Assembly (NCBI GenBank): GCA_035457345.1
Contig: DATIBT010000032.1
Span: 1 to 58,771 of the forward strand
DNA length: 58,771 nt
Direction: 5' to 3'
DNA from: Candidatus Saccharimonadales bacterium
GTDB lineage: Bacteria > Patescibacteriota > Saccharimonadia > Saccharimonadales > EFPC-124
Under the pieces are notes generated by a model. The model worked only from the letters and a program-made list of their open reading frames with translations, ran no database searches and was not told the origin of the DNA. Below, piece by piece: positions 40,823-50,137 of the stretch (positions within the stretch are counted from its first letter, which is position 1; each line of letters starts with the position of its first letter). Position numbers and translations under genes: made by a program.

Positions 40823-41854
40823 ATGAACGGTCGCAAATCTCGTCATGTAGCTGGCCTACTCCTGGGAGTGTTCCTCCTTGGATTAGCAATGCAGACACTC
40901 ATTACTGCGAGGCCTGCGGCAGCAGAGGCGGGGCAAGCCTTCTCTATATCACCGCCACTCATTGAGCTAAAAGCCGACCGCGGGCAAACTGTCACAACCA
41001 AGATTAGGCTTACTAACGTATCGAACGATGAGCTACTCATAAAAGTGCAGTTCAACGATTTTGGCGCCAAAGATGAAACAGGCGCCCCAAATATTATCTT
41101 TGACGACACAAAGGGCACAACGTACTCACTGCGCAATTGGATTGGCAGTCCCGCCCCCTTCAAGGTCAAAAGCAAAGAGACAAAAACAGTCGAGTTTCCC
41201 ATACAAGTACCCAAAGACGCCGAACCAGGCGGGCACTACGCAACCATCCGCTTTACAGGTACCAGCACGGCCATAGAAGACAGTGGCGTCGCGCTTAACG
41301 CCAGTATCGGCGCCTTAGTGCTCATGCAGGTCGCAGGTGACATTAAAGAAGATGCCGCTATTGCCGACTTCTTCAGCACCGCCTCTTCGTCACAGACGAA
41401 CTTCTTTGAAAGTGCACCCATAGGTTTCGTTGAACGAATAAAAAACAACGGTAATGTGCATATTAAGCCGACTGGGGTTATTGAAGTTAAAAACATGTTT
41501 GGCAGCACAATCGCCACGCTACGGGTCAACGGCGATACTAAAGATCAAAAAGACCAGCCAAAGAGTATTCTGCCACAAAGTATACGACGCTTTGAGCAAA
41601 CACTATCAAACCAATGGCTCTTTGGCTCCTACACAGCCACGCTCAAACTGCACTATGGACAGGGCGGCAAAGAGATTACCGCCACCACGACCTTTTGGGT
41701 TATCCCTTACAAACTTATCATTCTTGGTTTAGTTGGCCTGACGGCACTCATAGTTATACTGCGTTTTGGCATGCGTCGCTATAAGCAGAAGATTTTAGCC
41801 GAAGCACGCGGAGAATCGTTCGGCAAAAAGCCGCTCAAAAAAATAAAGCGCTAA
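40823..41854 (+). CDS. DUF916/CscA-like Ig-fold surface protein with C-terminal TM anchor
   Basis: 343 aa. Signal peptide, 'FSISPPLIELKADRGQTVTTKIRLTNVSNDELLIKV...EPGGHYATIRF', and a C-terminal TM 'LIILGLVGLTALIVIL' followed by a basic tail. Confidence 0.65.
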   Translation: MNGRKSRHVAGLLLGVFLLGLAMQTLITARPAAAEAGQAFSISPPLIELKADRGQTVTTKIRLTNVSNDELLIKVQFNDFGAKDETGAPNIIFDDTKGTTYSLRNWIGSPAPFKVKSKETKTVEFPIQVPKDAEPGGHYATIRFTGTSTAIEDSGVALNASIGALVLMQVAGDIKEDAAIADFFSTASSSQTNFFESAPIGFVERIKNNGNVHIKPTGVIEVKNMFGSTIATLRVNGDTKDQKDQPKSILPQSIRRFEQTLSNQWLFGSYTATLKLHYGQGGKEITATTTFWVIPYKLIILGLVGLTALIVILRFGMRRYKQKILAEARGESFGKKPLKKIKR

Positions 41855-43075
41855 TCACTGCTTCTTAAGTAGTTCTTGCAACGTGGCGTAGACTTGCTTT
41901 CGGCTACCGTCTTTTCTAAAGATGCCAAAGAAGTTTTCGTTATCAGCCTTATCTGTCCCTAAATCTTTGTAGCTATACCAGAACATACCAGCCATCCAGG
42001 GCGATTGCTCAACATACGTCGCTGCTTGCTGTGCAGACAGCGACAACGCGTCTTCGGTGAGATGGTATGGTTGCTGGCCTTCAACATAACCCTGCGTGCT
42101 AGCTACGCCACCTGGACCATCGGTAGGTGCGCCAAATTCTGTTATCCAAATCAGTTTATTGACATCGCCGTTATCGGTCATAATACTACGGAGACTGGGC
42201 TTAAGGGCGCTAATTTTTGACCACCCACTCCACGCACGGACGGTATTTGGCATTGCCGGGTATGAATAGGCATGGTATCCCAGCGAATCAAAGTAGGGTT
42301 TAGCGCCTGCGGCGTACATTTGCTTAAGGAAGGTAAGCTGTTCAATACTATTAGGATTATCATCGAGCGAGCTAATGCCGCCCGAAATAACCTGCGACAT
42401 AGGATCGGCAAGCTTTATTTGCGCATACGCCTCTTTCAAAAAACGCGTATAGGCAGCGGCATTTGCTTTTGGCCCCCAAAATCCAGCAAGGTTTGGCTCA
42501 TTCCAAATCTCCCAAGTATGAACCCCTTTGGGCGCATACCGCGCAACTACTTGCTTAACATATTTACCGTAGGCCGCAGAGCTGGCCGGGGCGCAACCAT
42601 CGTCGGTACAACCATTGGCACGGGCCCAGGGTGGAGTGCGCGTCAATACAGCGAGAATTTTAATATTATGCGCCTTGGCAGCCTCCACTACACGGTCGTA
42701 CTGGTACCAGTCCCATTTGTTGGCGTTTTCAGGCTGCAGCGCCCACCAGTCAAAATCGGTGCGCAGCCAACCAAAACCAATGGTGGCAATATCGGTCATT
42801 TGTTTGTTGAGTTCTGCATCGCTTAGGCCGCGTAACGTGTCGCCAAATGCCACACCGTAACTGGCGGGCTGGGCAATAGGAAGAGCAATCTGCTTAGTGT
42901 TTGGTTTTGCCACCACCTGACGGACCGGCTCCTTCTTATTCGACTCTAAAAACTGGGTAATTGGTGGTGTTGCCACCATGGCCAAGAGAGCCACAACGAC
43001 GCCTAAAATAATAACATCGTGCAACAGCGTTACGGCATGCTTACGCAGGTGAGGTCTTTGCTTTTTCATCCACAT
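41855..43075 (-). CDS. clan GH-A glycoside hydrolase (GH5/GH39, PslG-like), membrane anchored
   Basis: 406 aa with an N-terminal TM. Acid/base motif 'HTWEIWNEPN' and nucleophile motif 'LIWITEFG'. Confidence 0.8.
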   Translation of the reverse strand: MWMKKQRPHLRKHAVTLLHDVIILGVVVALLAMVATPPITQFLESNKKEPVRQVVAKPNTKQIALPIAQPASYGVAFGDTLRGLSDAELNKQMTDIATIGFGWLRTDFDWWALQPENANKWDWYQYDRVVEAAKAHNIKILAVLTRTPPWARANGCTDDGCAPASSAAYGKYVKQVVARYAPKGVHTWEIWNEPNLAGFWGPKANAAAYTRFLKEAYAQIKLADPMSQVISGGISSLDDNPNSIEQLTFLKQMYAAGAKPYFDSLGYHAYSYPAMPNTVRAWSGWSKISALKPSLRSIMTDNGDVNKLIWITEFGAPTDGPGGVASTQGYVEGQQPYHLTEDALSLSAQQAATYVEQSPWMAGMFWYSYKDLGTDKADNENFFGIFRKDGSRKQVYATLQELLKKQ

Positions 43076-43145
43076 ATAGTCATAAGTAGTATACAGCTAT
43101 TATAAAGGGTGGTATAAGATATGGGAAGGCCGTATAATATCAGTA

Positions 43146-44417
43146 GTGAAAGAGAAGTTAACCCAACTGCGCCAAGACAGCTTGGTGCAGAATTCATTTT
43201 ATCTGATGGTATCTACGGCTGTTATGGCGGCCTTAGGCTTTTTGTTTTGGCTCATTGCCGCAAGACTGTTCAGCCAAGACGACATTGGCATTGCCACTAC
43301 CCTTATATCGGCCATGACACTCATTTCTTACATTGGGTTGCTTGGATTTAACAGTACTCTTATACGCATCCTGCCAAAGTCACAAAAACGCAGCCAAGAG
43401 ATTAATACGGCGCTCTTGCTTTCCACAAGCGCAGCCACAGTAGTTGCAACAATCTACGTATTGGTTATCCCACTACTTGCACCAGGGCTAAGCCTAGTGC
43501 GCGACAATGTGCTCTACGCCCTTGGATTTATCTTGTTAGTGGCGCTCGCCTGCATTAATTTACTGACGAGTAGCATCTTTATTGCTTTCCGGGCCGCAAA
43601 ATATAACCTGCTCATCGACGGCACCATAATGAGCCTCACCAAACTTGCCCTTCCCTTTGCGCTCGTGGGTCTTGGTGCATTTGGCCTGTTTGGCGCAGCT
43701 GGCTTGGGTGCGGCAGCGGCACTCATTGCCAGCATGTATTTTTTGACTAAAAAGTTTAATTACAAACCCCGTATTCAAATCGACACCGCAATGGTTCGTG
43801 ACGTGTGGAAATATTCTTTTTCCAATTACGCCGCAAACCTGCTCAATATTGCGCCGACTCTTATTCTGCCTCTCGTCGTATTAAACCACCTAGGCGCCGC
43901 TGCAGCGGGCTACTACTATCTTGGCTCAATGGTCGCCAATTTGCTCTACACGGTTGTCTACGCAGTGGCGCAATCACTTTTTGCTGAAGGTTCGTATGCC
44001 GACAAAACCTTGCGAGAACTCATTAAACGCTCTTCACTGGTTATTGCTGCTATCATGATCCCTGCCGTGACCGTCATGTATGTTGGCGCGAATTTCATGC
44101 TGACTATTTACGGCCCTAGCTATGCCGCTAACGCCACCGAACTTTTGCAAGTACTTGCACTAGCCGGGCCATTCGTGGCGGTATATACCATAGTTAACGT
44201 CCTGCTACGCATTACTAAGCTAACCAAGCAAATCATTATCATAGATGTCATTTACATGATTGTCATTGCCGGCCTCGCCGAACTGTGGGCAAAGAACGGT
44301 CTGGTGTGGGTGGGATACGCCTGGATTATTGGCAATGGCGTGTCAGGACTTGCTGGCCTATGGTTTTTGTGGCGCCACCGCCACGATAAAAAAGTTGCGG
44401 CAGCGGCTACTTTATAA
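43146..44417 (+). CDS. Wzx-type oligosaccharide flippase (MOP superfamily)
   Basis: 423 aa with about 12 TM helices. The N-terminal 'NSFYLMVSTAVMAALGFLFWLIAARLFS' is typical of polysaccharide biosynthesis flippases. GTG start. Confidence 0.75.
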   Translation: MKEKLTQLRQDSLVQNSFYLMVSTAVMAALGFLFWLIAARLFSQDDIGIATTLISAMTLISYIGLLGFNSTLIRILPKSQKRSQEINTALLLSTSAATVVATIYVLVIPLLAPGLSLVRDNVLYALGFILLVALACINLLTSSIFIAFRAAKYNLLIDGTIMSLTKLALPFALVGLGAFGLFGAAGLGAAAALIASMYFLTKKFNYKPRIQIDTAMVRDVWKYSFSNYAANLLNIAPTLILPLVVLNHLGAAAAGYYYLGSMVANLLYTVVYAVAQSLFAEGSYADKTLRELIKRSSLVIAAIMIPAVTVMYVGANFMLTIYGPSYAANATELLQVLALAGPFVAVYTIVNVLLRITKLTKQIIIIDVIYMIVIAGLAELWAKNGLVWVGYAWIIGNGVSGLAGLWFLWRHRHDKKVAAAATL

Positions 44418-45555
44418 AGCCAGCGTACACCGATTCAAGGCGCGTAACAAACTCATCTATCGTAAAACGTTTGGCGCCACTATGCGCAACGTCGGCCTTG
44501 GTTTGCAACTGCTTGTCGGCCAGGAGCGAAGTAATCGCCTGAGCGAGTGCGTCGCTGTCACCGGGCGAGACAACACGCCCGCTCACCCCATCTTCTACCA
44601 GCTCTGGAATACCCCCTACGGCCGTTCCCACAATCGGGCGGCCAACAGCGAGTGCCTCTAGCGCCACGGTGGGCAAATTTTCAGGCCACACCGAGGGAAT
44701 AACAAACAGCCGTGCCTTGGCATACTCGGCCACCACATCTTTCTGCCAGCCTACAAATGTCACGCTATGCTGAACGCCAAGTTCTGCGGCAAGCGCTTCG
44801 AGCCGGGTACAATCAGGCCCGTCACCCACGATTCGCAGGCGAGTAGCCGGATTGGCCGCAACAACAGCGGGCAGTGCCCGCAGCAGGACATCGACGCCCT
44901 TTACATGCTCCAGCCGGCCAACATACAAGATGACCGGCTCGGACGGCAATGGCTGTTGCTCGGGCAATACAATACCGTTGTATATGTGCTGGATTGGCAC
45001 ATCGTATTCTTCGCGGGCAAGCTGGTTTGCCAAATAACGACTCGGGGAAATTATACCGCTCAAATGACGGAACCCCATTTTATACAGCGGCCGCTGAAAG
45101 TAACGAAAAAACGCGTAATGCAGACGGCCGGCCAAAGTGAGGTTGCCAAGGCTCACCGGACCATTAAACGAGGCAGGCGCCAGATACCACTCGAGCATCG
45201 TCAGCGTATATTCTTCGGGGCCGTGCACCGTCAGCAGGGCAGGAGTTTTGCCAAGCGCAAACAAAACAGAGGGTGAGAGTTCGCCCATAGTATGGAAGTG
45301 GACAATATCAGGCTGAAATTCGGCAATTGCTTTCTTGAGCGTCTTATAGGCGCTCATACTCCACAAGTGCTTGAGTGGGCCGCCTTGTATGTGACGGCAT
45401 TCGTAATCGGTGTAGTGGGGCTGTTCTGGGTCGCGGTCACTAGCCATAATTTTTACTTGATGGCCCCGTTTAGTAAGTGCGTCTCGCAGCAACAATACAC
45501 TACGTTCAGCGCCGCCACACACATATCCCATGCTAATGACTTGTAAAATTTTCAT
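44407..45555 (-). CDS. glycosyltransferase family 4
   Basis: 'GRLEHVKGVDVLL' and the E-x7-E region 'PSVWPENLPTVALEALAVGRPIVGTAVGGIPELVEDGVSG'. Confidence 0.9.
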   Translation of the reverse strand: MKILQVISMGYVCGGAERSVLLLRDALTKRGHQVKIMASDRDPEQPHYTDYECRHIQGGPLKHLWSMSAYKTLKKAIAEFQPDIVHFHTMGELSPSVLFALGKTPALLTVHGPEEYTLTMLEWYLAPASFNGPVSLGNLTLAGRLHYAFFRYFQRPLYKMGFRHLSGIISPSRYLANQLAREEYDVPIQHIYNGIVLPEQQPLPSEPVILYVGRLEHVKGVDVLLRALPAVVAANPATRLRIVGDGPDCTRLEALAAELGVQHSVTFVGWQKDVVAEYAKARLFVIPSVWPENLPTVALEALAVGRPIVGTAVGGIPELVEDGVSGRVVSPGDSDALAQAITSLLADKQLQTKADVAHSGAKRFTIDEFVTRLESVYAGFIK

Positions 45556-47900
45556 CGGTAAAACTCTGCGTCGCCGTTGCTGTAGACGAGATTTTTATTT
45601 TGCTGTAAGAAATCGCGTGGAAAGGCATAGGTGACGAGATCACTATTGTAAGTTATAGTGGCCTGGCCTTTATGTACATTAGCGTAACTCAGGAATACAT
45701 AAGAATCTTTGCGGACGAGTCCAGGGACAATATCGTCATTGACATGCAAATCACTTATAGCGCGTAGTTTCGTAAGAGCATAACGATCGCTTTGGATTTC
45801 TGACTGGACTTTGCCAGTCGAATTATCACCTGGCAGCCGTGCGGCCAGCCAGTCAATGGCGATAATCTCGCCATTATGCAAATAATAAATATCGTAATAA
45901 GTACCTGCATTATTCAAATGAAGCTGAGGCGTATACCCGCCGAGCATTTGACCAACGGCGCTTGTAGAAGACAGGAAAAATCCAAGCGCAAACACCGCCG
46001 GCACCACACGCTGCAACCACGCTTTTTTAAAGGGCATAACGATAGCCACCGTACCTATCGCCACAAATAGGCCCAGCACCATAAGTGATTGTTGAAACGC
46101 CCTCAGCAGCCCATACTCTACCGACAAAAACGGCAGCACAATCTGCAGCATAACAAACGCCAAGCTCCCAAATACCACCATAATAAAATCTGTTTCCATA
46201 GGTTTGGTAAGCGTACGGCGCACAATAACATATACAATACCTATAGCAATAAACAATTGGAGCAAACGCGCCGATAGCTGCTTAAAGGCAAAGTTAAACA
46301 GTGGGACGTCGAAGCCATTATTCATAAGCACCTGGCCTGCCGGGCTGAGAGGCATACTTGGTGGAGGTAATGCTTTGAGCGGATAGGCGTTAACCACTGC
46401 ATCGTCAAAGTATACGCCCGGGGCCGCGTCTTTCCGGACAGCGTCCACAACAGACTTCTTATACTGATCGAGCTGTCCCTGCGGATCGACCTTCTTAGCC
46501 GAAACCAAGCTGTACGACGTGTCATTTGAACGGGTGTCAGATTTAAACCCGTTGGCGATAGTCGTCGTTAATTGCCGGGCAATGTTTGAAAGGCCTTGCG
46601 ACGTATTAGTAAGCAATGTGTTCCACGTAAACACCATGGCAACAAGCAGAATAACCGTTACCAAGCTAATTGAAATGTCCGGCTTTTTGCCTTGCCGTGT
46701 AAGGGCGACCACTCCCGACTGGAGGAAAAATTTCTTTTTGCGCCAACGAGACGCAATAAAACTGAAGATTGGCCGCATCACCACCAACGCGCCCATAATC
46801 ACCACAAATGAATAGGTAGTCGAATAGTGAGAAAGCACCAACCCGAGGCCAAATAAGAGGAATAGGCTACGGCGCTTCCAGAGGCCAATCGTTTTATCGA
46901 GCACAAAGTACAGCATGAGCGCCAGGAACAAAAAGGCGATCTCCTGCCGGTTAAGCATGGGCATGTCGCTAAAGAACGTAGGGAATGAAATAAAGTACAT
47001 GACCGCCAAAATGGCCATGCCTTTACCGACGTAGCGTCGCATAAAGTAGTAAATGATAACCGGCACAGTGGCGAACAGCACCTGGAACAGCACTTTAAAA
47101 ACATACGGTTCATTAATGTGCAGCACATTAGCAAATACCGTTGGCAAAATAGTAATACTAAGGCAGGCATTGTATGGGTCGCGGTAAGACGCAATGTCCC
47201 AAAGGCCTGCGTTTTGGGCAAGCTCAAACATGCGGTATTCGCGTTGAATGTCATGACCGGTAGTAAGCCAGCCACGCAGGCTTGTCATAAATAGCAGCGC
47301 TATTGAAATCATGAAAAAGCCAGCCGCAATGGTAGCATTAGACAACCGGTGGCGAAGCAACAATAATGCGCCCAAGTAGCCCGCTATACCGAACAGCATG
47401 GCGAGCGTTATCCAGCCAGTGCCGCCGTTGTTAAGCAACGTCGCGCCCATGATGCTCATGCAAATGAAGAGCAGTGGCAGGCCAAGGAACAAAGCATCTA
47501 GCCATGAGAAGCGTGGAAGCCGAATGGTATACACTGTGTGCCGCAACCGGTACCACGCAATACTCGCAACCAAGACAAAGCCGGCCGAAAGCTCCATAAG
47601 CAGCGGCCCTGGGTCGAGCGGCCGCGCAATGCCGAATAACGGCAAAACTGTGTTAAAGAAAAGCGGGATAACAATTAGTTCTAGCACACCAAGCCCCACC
47701 ATGCCAGCTCCGGCCATAATGGGCGGCTGCTTAGGCAGCTTCAGCGCTGCGTATGTAGGCAGGCCAAAACAGAGGAGTAGGGCGCCAAACCCGACAATCG
47801 GCAATATAAAGAAGGCGTCGAACTGCAGCACACTCAACAGCGCAAAAAGTGTCCACCACAGGGTGATGAGAAGGATGAAAACAGTACGAGTTATCTTCAT
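45552..47900 (-). CDS. large polytopic membrane protein (polymerase / GT-C-like candidate)
   Basis: 782 aa. At least 12 TM helices in the N-terminal 420 aa, a ~150-aa loop domain, 4-5 more TM helices, and a C-terminal soluble domain. 4-nt overlaps with both flanking GT genes. Confidence 0.6.
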   Translation of the reverse strand: MKITRTVFILLITLWWTLFALLSVLQFDAFFILPIVGFGALLLCFGLPTYAALKLPKQPPIMAGAGMVGLGVLELIVIPLFFNTVLPLFGIARPLDPGPLLMELSAGFVLVASIAWYRLRHTVYTIRLPRFSWLDALFLGLPLLFICMSIMGATLLNNGGTGWITLAMLFGIAGYLGALLLLRHRLSNATIAAGFFMISIALLFMTSLRGWLTTGHDIQREYRMFELAQNAGLWDIASYRDPYNACLSITILPTVFANVLHINEPYVFKVLFQVLFATVPVIIYYFMRRYVGKGMAILAVMYFISFPTFFSDMPMLNRQEIAFLFLALMLYFVLDKTIGLWKRRSLFLLFGLGLVLSHYSTTYSFVVIMGALVVMRPIFSFIASRWRKKKFFLQSGVVALTRQGKKPDISISLVTVILLVAMVFTWNTLLTNTSQGLSNIARQLTTTIANGFKSDTRSNDTSYSLVSAKKVDPQGQLDQYKKSVVDAVRKDAAPGVYFDDAVVNAYPLKALPPPSMPLSPAGQVLMNNGFDVPLFNFAFKQLSARLLQLFIAIGIVYVIVRRTLTKPMETDFIMVVFGSLAFVMLQIVLPFLSVEYGLLRAFQQSLMVLGLFVAIGTVAIVMPFKKAWLQRVVPAVFALGFFLSSTSAVGQMLGGYTPQLHLNNAGTYYDIYYLHNGEIIAIDWLAARLPGDNSTGKVQSEIQSDRYALTKLRAISDLHVNDDIVPGLVRKDSYVFLSYANVHKGQATITYNSDLVTYAFPRDFLQQNKNLVYSNGDAEFYR

Positions 47901-50137
47901 TTGGCTACCTCAGTATATACTTTCTTGAAATCATCCGATACACGCGACCAAGTGTAGGTGCGGGCGGTCTGGATACTCTTGCGAGACATACGTGTAAGTT
48001 CTTCAGGCACGGCGAACAGCCCGTTCAGGGCTTCTGCGAACATAGCAGGCGACGGGTCATTAACCAGCGCGCCTACACCCCTGACCAATTCGCGTATGCC
48101 GGTCACGTTCGAGCCGACAATTGGCAGGCCGGCTGCCATGGCTTCGAGTACGACCAGCGGCATACCTTCACGCTCGGAGGGAATAACGAATACGTCGGCA
48201 GCGGCAAAATACTCACGTATTTCAACGGGTGACTTGTAGCCAGTAAATGTCACATTAGTGAGACCCATCTTGGCCACCTGTTGCTCGAGTGACGCTTTAC
48301 GTTCGCCGTCTCCGACTATCGTTAGCGTAGCTCGGTCACCAAGCTCAGCCATGGCGCCAACAAGGCGGTCGACGCGTTTTTGCGGCGATAAGCGGCCAGC
48401 ATATACAATGGCAAACTTTTTCTTACCGGCGTAACTTTTCGGCTTGCCGAAAAATACATCGTCCACGCCATTTGGAATAACCACAATTCGCTCGGCCGGC
48501 ACGTGATATGTCCGCTCAATAAACTGTTGCTGCTCGGCACTAAACACCGCCACCCTGGCCGCACTGCGAATTACGCGCGTAATGACAATTGCCTTGTATG
48601 CCAAAAACAGCTTGCCCAGCGCACCCGATGGCATAAGGTCTAAATGGAAGTGGACAATATAGGGAATGCCACGGATTTTGCTCGCCAACCACACCAGTTC
48701 GGGGTAAAACGCTTGCGCAAGATGCAGGTGAATAACGGATTGTCGTGGCAGCCTAAAAATGGCTGGAATAAAACCGAATGCAATGGGCGTATGAGCAAAC
48801 TCAAAAGCCCCAAACCGGCGGACAAGCAAATTGGGTGTGTGGGCAGGCGGCGGGGTACTCGGTATGTTGGAGGTTAATACGCGGGTATCATACCCAGAAG
48901 CAGCCATTCGTTCTGCTAATGCCTGGGCAACTTTTTCCATGCCACCCAAATGGGGCGGGTAGTAGCCGGCAACATGCGCTATTGTTGGCTGAATTGCCTG
49001 CGTGAGCGCATGACTCGTACTGGCGGTCAGCATATCCCAATCAAATTGCGTCTTGGCACGAGCCGCACCTGCACGGCCCAAACGCGCGGCAAGTGAGGCA
49101 TCCTCCAAAATAGTACCAATAGAGGCCGCTAATGCCTCGGGATTGCGCGGAGGCACAAGCAAACCAGTCTTGCCGTCTTGTATGGCAAAAGGAATACCGC
49201 CAACTTCTGTACCAACGACCGGTACGCCGCACGCGCTCGCCTCGATAAGTACCATGCCAAAACCTTCAGTGTTATTAGTCGAAGGAAGTACTACAACATC
49301 TGAAGCAGCATAGTAGCCAGCGAGTTCAGCATGAGTTTTGCAGCCAACAAACGCCACGTCGTCCTGCAGCCCGGCAGAATAGACCGTTTGCTGGTAATGG
49401 GCAAGATTGTCACCTTCGCCAACAACCACCAACTGGGCATTTGGGATGCGCTGCTTCACAATGGCCATGCTTGCAATAAGTGTGTCGAGGCCCTTATGCG
49501 CTTGTGCCCGCGACAACGATCCTACAAACAAAATGATCCGTTTGCCGTCATGTGCCTTGCGGACGGTTGCACCATCAGCGTCGGTGGTAAAAATGGCAGC
49601 ATCAATGCCCGGTGGCACCACGCTCAGTTTATGCGTATGGGGTGCAAGGTGGCGTGATCGGCTAGCGTAGTAATCGGAGGTGGCAATAATTCGATTCGCG
49701 CGGCGTAAAGTGCCGGCGATTAAAAACAAATGAGCCAATTTGGCGAGCATGGTAAACGGCCAGCGTTCTTTAACAACATCGTTATGGTACGTCAGCACAA
49801 ACGGAATGCGCCCGCGCAGGCGCTCCACCATGTCAGCAAAATAGGGGACAGGAGCATGTCCATTGATAACATCTGGCTTTTCGCTGGTAATGATGCGCTC
49901 AATGTCCCGCCTCCACGTAAAACTAACTGGCGTGTTTGACAGCTTAAACTGGTATCCTAGGCGGTACACTCGCATGCCATCTTGTTGGGTCACTGTTGTC
50001 TTGGCGGATCTATCACCAGTAGTGACAAGACACACCTCCCAGCCCATCTCTTTAAGCCGAGTGGCAATATTACGCACATATACCTCCACACCGCCAACGT
50101 GCGGGTGATAGTAGGGTGTCGCAATGACTACCTTCAC
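47897..50137 (-). CDS. tandem GT4-GT4 fusion glycosyltransferase
   Basis: 746 aa with two complete GT4 units. The N-half has 'ATPYYHPHVGGVE...EGFGMVLIEASACGVPVVGTEVGGIP'. The C-half has 'GYYPPHLGGME...EGMPLVVLEAMAAGLPIVGSNVTGIRE'. Confidence 0.9.
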   Translation of the reverse strand: MKVVIATPYYHPHVGGVEVYVRNIATRLKEMGWEVCLVTTGDRSAKTTVTQQDGMRVYRLGYQFKLSNTPVSFTWRRDIERIITSEKPDVINGHAPVPYFADMVERLRGRIPFVLTYHNDVVKERWPFTMLAKLAHLFLIAGTLRRANRIIATSDYYASRSRHLAPHTHKLSVVPPGIDAAIFTTDADGATVRKAHDGKRIILFVGSLSRAQAHKGLDTLIASMAIVKQRIPNAQLVVVGEGDNLAHYQQTVYSAGLQDDVAFVGCKTHAELAGYYAASDVVVLPSTNNTEGFGMVLIEASACGVPVVGTEVGGIPFAIQDGKTGLLVPPRNPEALAASIGTILEDASLAARLGRAGAARAKTQFDWDMLTASTSHALTQAIQPTIAHVAGYYPPHLGGMEKVAQALAERMAASGYDTRVLTSNIPSTPPPAHTPNLLVRRFGAFEFAHTPIAFGFIPAIFRLPRQSVIHLHLAQAFYPELVWLASKIRGIPYIVHFHLDLMPSGALGKLFLAYKAIVITRVIRSAARVAVFSAEQQQFIERTYHVPAERIVVIPNGVDDVFFGKPKSYAGKKKFAIVYAGRLSPQKRVDRLVGAMAELGDRATLTIVGDGERKASLEQQVAKMGLTNVTFTGYKSPVEIREYFAAADVFVIPSEREGMPLVVLEAMAAGLPIVGSNVTGIRELVRGVGALVNDPSPAMFAEALNGLFAVPEELTRMSRKSIQTARTYTWSRVSDDFKKVYTEVAK

